Assembly (NCBI GenBank): GCA_964535215.1
Contig: CAZHST010000013.1
Coordinates: forward strand, 7,758-71,757
Direction: 5' to 3'
Length of the DNA: 64,000 bases
DNA from: an uncultured bacterium
Lineage (GTDB): Bacteria > Methylomirabilota > Methylomirabilia > Methylomirabilales > JACQHM01
Position numbers and translations under genes: made by a program. Below, in pieces: positions 25,724-33,826 of this stretch. The number at the start of each line of letters is the position of its first letter. Within the stretch, counting starts at the first letter, position 1. The notes beneath the pieces were generated by a model. The model did not search any database, was not told the origin of the DNA, and saw nothing but the letters and a program-made list of their open reading frames with translations.

Positions 25724-27445
25724 TTAGTGGAGGCCAAAGACCACCAGAAGCCCACCCTTCGTGTTGGTCTTCAACCACTCCTTGTAGTAGAGGGGCCAGA
25801 TCCCGCCTCCCCCGGCCCCCGCCACGATGGCCACATACTGCTTCCCCTCAACGGTGAAGGTGGTCGGGTTGCCGTGAATGCCGGTGCCGACGTTAAACCT
25901 CCAAAGCTCCTGACCCGTCGTGTCATCGAAGGCCATGAAGGTGCCCTCAGGGTTCCCGGCAAACACCAACCCGCCGGCGGTGGCGAGGACACCGCTCGTC
26001 ATGGGCATGGCATTATACCGGGTCCAGGCGATCTTCCCGCTGGCGGCATCGATGGCGTGGAGCCAACCATGGCCGGGTTTCAACCGAAGGACCTTGGCAC
26101 CCAGGTACCACTCCCCCCGCCTCCACTCCATCCTCGCGGCCTGGAGGTCCATAGCCATGTTGAAGGCCGGGACGTAGGCCAGGCCAGTCTTCGGGCTATA
26201 GGCAATGGGATGCCACTCCTTCCCCCCGTCCAGGACCGGGGCAACGTCTTCGGTGACCCGATCGTAGACGACATCCTTCTCCGGCCAGTTGAAGATAGGG
26301 CGCCCCTCCCGGGTGAAGCCTTTGTTCCAGTTGATCCGGGAAATGGCCGTCGCGTAGATGAACTTCCCGTTTGTCCGGTCAATGGCGTAGAAGTAACCGT
26401 TCCGGTCGCCGTGGAGCCACACCTTCCGACCCTGCACATCGGCCAGGACCACCTCGTTCACCCCGTCATAGTCATAGGGGTCGTTCGGGGTGTACTGGAA
26501 CCAGAACTTGATCTTGCCCGTGTCAGGGTCCATGGCCAGGGTGCAGTTGGTGTAGAGGTTGTCACCCGGCCGGACATGGCGATCGAAGTCGGGGCCAGGG
26601 TTTCCCACCGGCCAGTAGAGGATGTTCAGTTCAGGATCGTAGGAGCCGGTCACCCAGGCCGAGCCCCCACCGTACTTCCAGGAATCCCCACCCCAGGTCT
26701 CGTTTCCCGGTTCCCCAGGGCCAGGGATTGTGTAGGTCTGCCAGACTTGGTCCCCGGTCTCGGCATCAATGGCCTTGATCCATCCCCGGACGCCGTACTC
26801 GGCCCCTGAGGTCCCGAAGATGATCTTCCCGCGGAGGGCCATGGGCATAATGGTGAAGCTCTCCGAGTACGTGTAGTCCCCATGCTTTTTATCCCAGATG
26901 ACCTCCCCGGTCATGTTGTTCAGGGCGACCACATGGGCATCGAGGGTGGCCAGATAGACCTTGTCCCGGTAAAGGGCCACGCCCCGGTTCACCACGTCGC
27001 AGCAGAGGTGAGGGTAGACATCTCCCGGAAGCTCCCGTTCATACTTCCAGACGATCCTCCCGTTTCTGCCATCCACAGCCAGGACCCGGTTAAAGGAGGT
27101 GGTGACGTAGATCATCCCGTTGATGGCATTGGCCTGGCTATCCTGGCCTTCGACGACACCAAACGAGACGATATACTTCGGCACCAGGTTCCTAACGTTC
27201 CCTTTGTTGATCTGGTCGAGGGGGCTAAACCGGGTGCTGTGATAGTCCCGACCATAGAGGAGCCAGTTATTCGGGTCCTTATCGGCGTTCAGCAGGATCT
27301 CGTCGCTCACGTAGTTCGGGACCTGCTGGGCTTCCAGCACTTCCGGGAGGCCATAGACTTGGGCGGAGACAACAGCCGGTACGCCGACAAAGACAACCGG
27401 CAGGAGGAACAGGCCAAGAAGCATCCGCCTCTCTTTGGTCTTCAT
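25724..27445 (-). CDS. PQQ-type alcohol dehydrogenase 1, lanthanide-type (XoxF/PedH/ExaF-like)
   Basis: Signal peptide; vicinal CC in LCCDVVNRG; GAEY, GNP and YDYDGVNE (D-x-D at 26465-26473); beta-propeller W/GxG repeats. Confidence 0.9.
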   Translation of the reverse strand: MKTKERRMLLGLFLLPVVFVGVPAVVSAQVYGLPEVLEAQQVPNYVSDEILLNADKDPNNWLLYGRDYHSTRFSPLDQINKGNVRNLVPKYIVSFGVVEGQDSQANAINGMIYVTTSFNRVLAVDGRNGRIVWKYERELPGDVYPHLCCDVVNRGVALYRDKVYLATLDAHVVALNNMTGEVIWDKKHGDYTYSESFTIMPMALRGKIIFGTSGAEYGVRGWIKAIDAETGDQVWQTYTIPGPGEPGNETWGGDSWKYGGGSAWVTGSYDPELNILYWPVGNPGPDFDRHVRPGDNLYTNCTLAMDPDTGKIKFWFQYTPNDPYDYDGVNEVVLADVQGRKVWLHGDRNGYFYAIDRTNGKFIYATAISRINWNKGFTREGRPIFNWPEKDVVYDRVTEDVAPVLDGGKEWHPIAYSPKTGLAYVPAFNMAMDLQAARMEWRRGEWYLGAKVLRLKPGHGWLHAIDAASGKIAWTRYNAMPMTSGVLATAGGLVFAGNPEGTFMAFDDTTGQELWRFNVGTGIHGNPTTFTVEGKQYVAIVAGAGGGGIWPLYYKEWLKTNTKGGLLVVFGLH

Positions 27446-27603
27446 TGTTTCCTCCTCATACCTTCTCGTGAACAGCGCTCAACACTCTCCCTAGCTCTCT
27501 TGGGCCCAACCCCCTTCCACCCCCTTTCAGATCCTAAGCTCCTTGCTGAAGGGAGGTTCCTTCCCCATTATTAGCCGTACCAATCCCTGGCCGAGGTAGT
27601 TTA

Positions 27604-27632
27604 AATTTACAACACTGTTCTATTTCAGTCAA
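27604..27632 (-). promoter_or_regulatory. Sigma-70-type promoter for dehydrogenase 1
   Basis: TTGACT-N17-TAAATT; the spacer contains the palindrome AACAGTGTT. Confidence 0.6.
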
Positions 27633-27695
27633 GAAAAATACCACTGATCCCCCCAGAGCCGGCACCAGTCGGCGTCTGAGGGGACCAGGGGGGAT

Positions 27696-28082
27696 CTACC
27701 GGAGGACCTTTGAAGGGTCTCCCCGAGACTTGGACCGGATATAGGCGATGATCTTCCAGATCTGGTCAGGGGTCAGCTTTCCCTCCCATGGCGGCATGAG
27801 CGTCCCCGGACGGCCTCGGCTGATGGTTTTAAACAGCATGCCATCGGTTGGCTGGTACCTCCAGACGTCATCCGTGAGATCTGGACCCGTCCCACCTTCC
27901 GCGTTTAAGCCGTGGCAGTTATGGCAACCGGTGGCGAGGTAAAGCTGGTGTCCTTCGGCAATGGCCTTAGGATCTCCCGTATACGGATTCTTGTCATCCT
28001 CCTGAGCCGTGGTGATTGCCGTGGCCAAAATCCCTATGGCCAGCCCTCCAGCAAGAATCATCCCTCGGTCCCATCGTCTCAT
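27696..28082 (-). CDS. Cytochrome c (XoxG/MxaG cL-like or c550)
   Basis: Signal peptide; NPY.GD..AI.EG; CHNCH; GPDLTDD.W.Y; axial Met in TLMPPW. Confidence 0.88.
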   Translation of the reverse strand: MRRWDRGMILAGGLAIGILATAITTAQEDDKNPYTGDPKAIAEGHQLYLATGCHNCHGLNAEGGTGPDLTDDVWRYQPTDGMLFKTISRGRPGTLMPPWEGKLTPDQIWKIIAYIRSKSRGDPSKVLR

Positions 28083-28092
28083 CGTCTAGGCC

Positions 28093-28902
28093 TCATCCCT
28101 CAAAGGGGGGATAGAAAGGAATCCCATATTTGGCCAGGATCCGCTCAATGGTTCCATCCTTCAAGAGCGTTTCCACAGCTCCATCAATGACCTCCTTTAA
28201 ATCCTGGTCTTCCTTTCGGATTCCAATCGCCACGTTGGTTCTGAGTTCTGGATCCGGGTGATACCTGTCGGCGATCTTTACCCTCAGGGAGGGATCGGTC
28301 CGCTTCAACCATCCAAAGGTGGGAGCCCAGAGGAGGCCGGCTCTGAGCTCCCCCTTCTGGATGGCCTGGAGAAGAGCCCTCGGATCTCGGTACTGACGGA
28401 CCTGATACCCTCTTTGGAAGAGGACCCGATAGGGTCTGGTCCACACCTCAACCCCCACGGGGGTTCCCTTCAAGGCCTCCAGGGGAGGTGTCGCCTCGTC
28501 CTCGCGGAGCACGAGAACGTAGGCTCCTCCATAATAGGGCCGGGAGAACATCAGCTCCTCGCCGGCCCATTCCCCTACCGGAAGGCCCATGAAGAGATCG
28601 CAGCTCTTCTGGGCCAAGAGCCCGCGTCTGATCGCCCGCTCGGTGAAGTAGGTCTCGTTCCAGTGGAGCTGGAGCCGGATCCTGAGATGCGCAGCAATGG
28701 CCTGGGCGATCTCGATGTCGAACCCTGGGCGGGTGGGATCATCCATCGAGTAGGGGGGATTGTCTGGGTCCACGCAGATGCGGAGGATACCCGAGGCCTT
28801 GATCCTCTCCCAGGTCCCCAGCTGGGCCAAAACATCGGAGAGGGCCGGACCTCCAACGAGGAGGAGCCCCGCCATCAGGATCGAGACCTTCACCGTTTCC
28901 AA
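28093..28902 (-). CDS. MxaJ/XoxJ-like periplasmic binding protein of quinoprotein module 2
   Basis: ICVDPDNPPYS, GFDIEIA, SCDLFMG, LLWAP and IGIRKED motifs; signal peptide. Confidence 0.82.
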   Translation of the reverse strand: METVKVSILMAGLLLVGGPALSDVLAQLGTWERIKASGILRICVDPDNPPYSMDDPTRPGFDIEIAQAIAAHLRIRLQLHWNETYFTERAIRRGLLAQKSCDLFMGLPVGEWAGEELMFSRPYYGGAYVLVLREDEATPPLEALKGTPVGVEVWTRPYRVLFQRGYQVRQYRDPRALLQAIQKGELRAGLLWAPTFGWLKRTDPSLRVKIADRYHPDPELRTNVAIGIRKEDQDLKEVIDGAVETLLKDGTIERILAKYGIPFYPPFEG

Positions 28903-28921
28903 TCCTACATGGCTTGGCGCG

Positions 28922-30622
28922 TTAGTCCATCAGCCCAAAGACGAAGAGGGCCCCACCCTTGGTGTTCTCTTTCAACCAGGGGGCACACCCCCCACCCATC
29001 GTCTGCCATCCGATCCAGCCACCCCACCCTGAGACGATAGCCACGTACTGCTTGCCATCAACGGTGAAGGTGGTGGGGCTCCCCTTGATCCCGGAACCGG
29101 TCTGGAACTTCCAGAGGAGCTCGCCGGTCTTGGCATCGAAGGCCAGGAATTCCCCCTCCGGATTCCCCGTGAAGACCAATCCCCCTCCTGTCGCCATCAC
29201 ACCGGCGTACATCGGAGAACGGTTGTTCCAGACCCAGGCTGTTTTCCCGGTGGCCACATCAATGGCCTTTAGCGCCCCGTGGCCCGGATGGTACGCCAGG
29301 AGCTCCGCGCCCAAGTAAAACTGCCCCCTCCTCGGCTCCTCAAACTTGGCCTGCATATCCATGGTGCACTGGAAAGTCGGGACGTAGGCGTACCCGGTCT
29401 GGGGGCTGTAAGCCATTGGCACGGTCTCCTTCCCCCCTTCCAAAGATGGGGAGATGTTCCTCGTCACCCGATCTCGATAGACGAACTTCTCCGGGTTCAC
29501 GATCGGCCGGCCGGTGACGGGATCTAACCCCTTGGCCCAGTTAATAGGAGAAAGAGGGGTCGCATAGATGAACTTCCCGTTCGTCCGGTCAATGGCATAA
29601 AAGTAGCCATTTCGATCGGCATGGACCCAGGCCTTCCGTCCCTTGATATCTACCAGAATCACCTCGTTCGCCCCATCATAGTCCCAGACATCATGGGGGG
29701 TATACTGGAAGTAGAACTTGATCTTCCCGGTGTCCGGATCGAGGGCCAGGGTCGAGTTTGTATAGAGGTTGTCGCCGGGCCTGACCTCGCCGTCCAGATC
29801 AGGCGTTGGGTTTCCAACCCCCCAGTAGAGGATGTTCAGCTCGGGATCGTAAGAGCCTGTGAGGTAGGTAGAGCCGCCCCCGTACATCCAGGCGTCCCCT
29901 GATCCCCACGTCTCGTTCCCAGGCTCCCCAGGGGCAGGGATCGTGTAGGTCTTCCAAACACTTGCCCCGGTCTCCGCGTCAAAGGCCTGGATAAAGAGGC
30001 GGGTCGGATACTCGGCCCCTGAGGTGCCCACGATGATTTTCCCCCGTAAGGGGAGGGGGGCCACCGTCGTCGTATAGCCCCCGGTATAGTCCTCAAATTT
30101 GACATCCCAGATCACTTTACCGGTCTTGGCATCCAACGCGACAAGGTGCTCATCCAGCGTGGCCATATAGACTTTATCCCTGTACAGGGCAACTCCCCTG
30201 TTCAAGACATCACAGCAGAGATACCGGGTGATGTCCTCCGGGAGGGGATGGTAGTAGCGCCAGAGCACTTTTCCCGTTCGGCCATCCAAGGCGAAGAGCC
30301 GGTTCCAAGACGAGGTGACATAGAGCACCCCGTTATTGGCCATCGCCTGGCTGTTTTGGCCATCGAGGACCCCAAACTGGAAGACCCATTTGGGGACGAG
30401 CTTCTTCACATTGCTGGTGTTAATTTGGGCGAGGGGACTGAAGCGGGTGCTGGCGTAGTCCCGACCATAGAAAAACCAGTTGTGGGGATCCTTCTCGGCG
30501 TTCAAGAGCATCTCATCCGTGACATAGATCGGCTCAGCCTGCGCCGCGGCGACGGCCGGTACCGTGAAGAGGGTCAGGAGCGCCAGGATGAACCATCGAA
30601 AGCCTGGGTTCAATGGATTCAT
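28922..30622 (-). CDS. PQQ-type alcohol dehydrogenase 2, lanthanide-type
   Basis: Signal peptide; LCCDVLNRG, GAEY, GNP, TPHDVWDYDGANE (D-x-D at 29675-29683) and HADRNG. Confidence 0.9.
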   Translation of the reverse strand: MNPLNPGFRWFILALLTLFTVPAVAAAQAEPIYVTDEMLLNAEKDPHNWFFYGRDYASTRFSPLAQINTSNVKKLVPKWVFQFGVLDGQNSQAMANNGVLYVTSSWNRLFALDGRTGKVLWRYYHPLPEDITRYLCCDVLNRGVALYRDKVYMATLDEHLVALDAKTGKVIWDVKFEDYTGGYTTTVAPLPLRGKIIVGTSGAEYPTRLFIQAFDAETGASVWKTYTIPAPGEPGNETWGSGDAWMYGGGSTYLTGSYDPELNILYWGVGNPTPDLDGEVRPGDNLYTNSTLALDPDTGKIKFYFQYTPHDVWDYDGANEVILVDIKGRKAWVHADRNGYFYAIDRTNGKFIYATPLSPINWAKGLDPVTGRPIVNPEKFVYRDRVTRNISPSLEGGKETVPMAYSPQTGYAYVPTFQCTMDMQAKFEEPRRGQFYLGAELLAYHPGHGALKAIDVATGKTAWVWNNRSPMYAGVMATGGGLVFTGNPEGEFLAFDAKTGELLWKFQTGSGIKGSPTTFTVDGKQYVAIVSGWGGWIGWQTMGGGCAPWLKENTKGGALFVFGLMD

Positions 30623-30751
30623 ACCTTCCTCCTTTCTCTACCCCTTTAGGGTTGACCCGGAGCTAGACGTTCTTTTAGAGCTCTTTGGTTTCATCAACGG
30701 GCCTTGCTAAGACCCACCACCTCCCTTCTCCAAGCGGGAATGTCGGTGCTT

Positions 30752-30780
30752 CTTCTACAACACAGTTTTATTCTTGTCAA
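30752..30780 (-). promoter_or_regulatory. Sigma-70-type promoter for dehydrogenase 2
   Basis: TTGACA-N17-TAGAAG; the spacer aataaaactgtgttg mirrors that of dehydrogenase 1. Confidence 0.6.
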
Positions 30781-30820
30781 GGCCTAACCGCTCCTGGGTT
30801 CAGAATGGCTTCCCTGCCCT

Positions 30821-30848
30821 TTGACAACGGCTCTTTTTTTGCTACAAT
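30821..30848 (+). promoter_or_regulatory. Sigma-70 promoter for the divergent enolase-superfamily gene
   Basis: TTGACA-N16-TACAAT. Confidence 0.55.
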
Positions 30849-30892
30849 ACGATGACCCACGGAAACCATCATCTTTATGGAGGAGAGATGCC

Positions 30893-31987
30893 ATGCGGAT
30901 CAGCGAGGTGGAGGTTGTCCTCTTAAAAAAGACCCTGGCCAAGCCTCTGGTCCTCTCCCGGGGGGAGATAGGAGAGCGGAGGTTTGCCTTTGTCCTGGTC
31001 CACACCGATGAGGGGATTACCGGTGTAGGGGAAGGGGTTGGGGATCCTGCCGTGATCCAGGCTACTCTAGAACGGCGCCTGAAGCCAATCCTCATCGGGG
31101 AGGACCCGCGCGATATCGAGCGCCTCTGGCGGAAGATGTTTGCTGGAGCCGTCTACTGGGACCTCAAAGGGGGGTTGGTGACGGCGATCAGCGCCGTCGA
31201 TATCGCCCTTTGGGACTTAAAGGCCAAGGCCTTGGGGGTTCCGGTCTATCAACTGCTGGGCGGGAGCTTCCGGGGAAAGGTGAAGGCTTATGCCAGCGAC
31301 CTCTTCTGGGATGAACCGGAGGTGATGGCGGAGGCGGCTGCCAAATCCGTTGCCGATGGGTTTTCTATCGTGAAAACCCACGTCGGAAGGGACCCAGAAG
31401 GGGATATGGCCCGGGTCCGAGCCATCCGCCGCGCCATCGGCGACCGGGTGGCTCTTATGATTGACATCAACGGCAACTTCGACCGACCCACAGCCCTCTC
31501 AATGGGGAAGCGATTCAAGGAAGTAAATCCTTTTTGGTATGAGGAACCCTTGCCCCCGTATGATCTGGAGGGGTACCGGGAGCTCAAGGAGCGCCTTGAC
31601 CTTCCCATCGCCGCCGGGGAGAATGAGTTCACCAAGTACGGGTTTCTCGAACTCTTTCAGCGGGGCGCCGTGGATTACGCCATGCCTGACATTGCCCGGG
31701 TCGGGGGCTTAACAGAGGCCGTCAAGATCTGCGCCCTGGCCGAGGCCTTCAACGTCCCCTGTTCCCCTCACAATTATTCGAGCGGGGTTCTCTTAGCCGC
31801 GACCCTTCACCTAATGGCTGCCTTGCCCGGCACCGATCTCCTGGAGTTCGATGTGACCGGGACGTCCATCTACGAGGAGCTTTTCACCGAGCCCCTCTTG
31901 GTCCAGGAGGGGTTCGTCTCCGTTCCCCACGGGGTTGGTTTAGGCGTCGAGCTCAAGGAGGAAATCCGCAGGCGGTACGCCCCCTGA
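30893..31987 (+). CDS. Mandelate racemase/muconate lactonizing enzyme family protein (enolase superfamily)
   Basis: TDEGITG.GE, SAVDIALWDL..K..GVPVYQLLGG, metal ligands in IDING, YEEP and AGENE, and SPH; ATG 30893 with SD. Confidence 0.9.
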   Translation: MRISEVEVVLLKKTLAKPLVLSRGEIGERRFAFVLVHTDEGITGVGEGVGDPAVIQATLERRLKPILIGEDPRDIERLWRKMFAGAVYWDLKGGLVTAISAVDIALWDLKAKALGVPVYQLLGGSFRGKVKAYASDLFWDEPEVMAEAAAKSVADGFSIVKTHVGRDPEGDMARVRAIRRAIGDRVALMIDINGNFDRPTALSMGKRFKEVNPFWYEEPLPPYDLEGYRELKERLDLPIAAGENEFTKYGFLELFQRGAVDYAMPDIARVGGLTEAVKICALAEAFNVPCSPHNYSSGVLLAATLHLMAALPGTDLLEFDVTGTSIYEELFTEPLLVQEGFVSVPHGVGLGVELKEEIRRRYAP

Positions 31988-32146
31988 ATCCCCTCTTGAG
32001 CCGATCAATATTCTGGGGAAAGGTTTTCCGTTGACAAGGGAAGGGCCGATGCTGTTAAATAACGTATATCTTGGGGATTTCTTTAAGGAGTTCTGTCGGG
32101 GATGGATGGCCTGGACATACCCAGGACGGGAAAGCTGGAGGTGACC

Positions 32147-33292
32147 ATGCAACTTCAAGAGCTCCTTAGGCTAGCCGTTGAGCGAAGGGCTTCCGATCTC
32201 CATATCAAGGTTGGGTGTCCTCCGGTTCTCAGGCTCGATGAGAAGCTCACCCCTTTAAACGAACACCCCAAGTTTACCCAGGAGGATGTCCTCGCCATCG
32301 CCTCCAGCATCATGAATACGAAGCAGAAAGAGAAGTTTAAGGAGAAGACCGAGCTGGACCTGGCGTATAGCGTCCCGGGGCTCGGGCGGTTCAGGGCCAA
32401 TATCTTCCAGCAGCGGGGGACCGTTGGGATTGTCCTCCGGATCATCCCTATGAAGATCAGGTCCTTCGAGGAGCTGAACCTTCCCCCGGTCGTGGAGAAA
32501 CTGGCCATGGAACCCCGGGGATTGCTCCTCGTGACGGGGACGACGGGGAGCGGGAAGTCCACGACCCTGGCGGCAATGATCGATCACATCAACAACACCC
32601 GCTCGGGACACATCATCACCATCGAGGACCCCATCGAGTTCCTCCACCGGGACAAAAAGTGCCTGGTCAACCAGCGGGAGATTGGTGTAGATACCCCTTC
32701 CTTCTCCGAGGCCCTCCGCTCGGCCCTCAGACAGGATCCCGATGTCATTTTGGTCGGGGAGATGCGAGACTTCGAGACGATCTCGACGGCCCTGGTGGCG
32801 GCGGAGACGGGTCATCTGGTCATGAGCACCCTCCACACCATCGACGCGGCTGAGACCATCAATCGGATCATCTCGGTCTTTCCCCCGTATCAGCAAAAAC
32901 AGGTCCGGCTTCAGCTTTCAGGGGTCCTGAAAGGGATCATCTCGCAACGCCTGATCCCGAGGGCGGACGGAAAGGGCCGGGTCCCGGCGGTGGAGGTGAT
33001 GGTCTCGACAGCCACCATCCGGGAGTGCATTGTGGATCCTGAGAAGACAAGAAAGATCCCTGAATACATCGCGGCCGGAAGCTCCCAGTACGGGATGCAG
33101 ACCTTTGATCAGTCCCTTTTAGGGCTCTACAGGCGAGGGCTCATCACCTATGAGGAGGCCCTGCACTGGTCATCAAACCCGGATGACTTTGCCCTGCGGG
33201 TCCGGGGGATCGAATCAACGGCAGATCAGACCTGGGGGATGACGTCTGAACCCCAACCGGCTCAAGGGGTTCCAGGTTTTCAGCGGATATGA
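32147..33292 (+). CDS. pilT: Type IV pilus PilT/PilU family retraction ATPase
   Basis: ASDLHI, RFRANIFQQRG, GTTGSGKST, TIEDPIE, LRQDPDVILVGEMRD, AETGHLV.STLHT and GMQTFDQ; lacks the canonical AIRNLIRE (TIRECIVD), so it may be a paralog. Confidence 0.88.
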   Translation: MQLQELLRLAVERRASDLHIKVGCPPVLRLDEKLTPLNEHPKFTQEDVLAIASSIMNTKQKEKFKEKTELDLAYSVPGLGRFRANIFQQRGTVGIVLRIIPMKIRSFEELNLPPVVEKLAMEPRGLLLVTGTTGSGKSTTLAAMIDHINNTRSGHIITIEDPIEFLHRDKKCLVNQREIGVDTPSFSEALRSALRQDPDVILVGEMRDFETISTALVAAETGHLVMSTLHTIDAAETINRIISVFPPYQQKQVRLQLSGVLKGIISQRLIPRADGKGRVPAVEVMVSTATIRECIVDPEKTRKIPEYIAAGSSQYGMQTFDQSLLGLYRRGLITYEEALHWSSNPDDFALRVRGIESTADQTWGMTSEPQPAQGVPGFQRI

Positions 33293-33801
33293 AGGGGCAA
33301 AAGGAGGACAGGGCTCAGGGGGTGGCCCTCAGGCTTCTGGCCATCCGGGGAAGGACTGTCTCTGAGATGAAAGAGAGACTCCTCAAGAAGGGTTTCCTGC
33401 CAGAAGAGGTTGAGGAAACGCTGCATCGCCTTTTAGAACAAGGGTACTTGAATGATCAGCGCTTCGCCCTCGACTGGGCCAAGGGACGGTTGGCCAGGGC
33501 ACCAGTCGGTCGGCAGAGGATCGCCTCTGAACTCAAAGCGAGAGGGGTTGGTGAGGCAGCGATCAGAAAGGCCCTGACGGAGGTCTATGCCCAGACCGAC
33601 GAGTACCAGTTGGCCTCCAGAGCCGCTCTGCGGCGGCTTCCCTTCGTTCAGCGGCTTCCTTTGGAGAAACAACGACACCGGCTCTTCACTCATCTCCGAC
33701 GGCTTGGGTTCTCGGCCTCAATAGCGTTGACCGTTCTGACAGAGCACCTGGGCAAGGCTTCTCCAGCAAGCGAGGAGCTGGCTGCTGATGACCTGCTCTG
33801 A
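33289..33801 (+). CDS. recX: Regulatory protein RecX
   Basis: ALRLLA.R.RT..EM..RL..KG, YLND.RFA and G..RI..EL..RG; next to alaS as in many bacteria. Confidence 0.85.
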   Translation: MKGQKEDRAQGVALRLLAIRGRTVSEMKERLLKKGFLPEEVEETLHRLLEQGYLNDQRFALDWAKGRLARAPVGRQRIASELKARGVGEAAIRKALTEVYAQTDEYQLASRAALRRLPFVQRLPLEKQRHRLFTHLRRLGFSASIALTVLTEHLGKASPASEELAADDLL

Positions 33802-33826
33802 GGGAAGGCTTTAGGGATACGGCACG

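Noticed and set aside
25727-26809. 360-aa plus-strand ORF, and similar plus-strand ORFs across 55-30622
   Set aside because: Antisense to well-supported minus-strand genes; no recognisable motifs.
27446-27600. Search for a PqqA- or MftA-like precursor peptide in island intergenic regions (also 30623-30750, 20541-20650, 8687-8760)
   Set aside because: Only tiny ORFs found (e.g. MGKEPPFSKELRI, MGLSKAR), with no ExxxY or other core motif.
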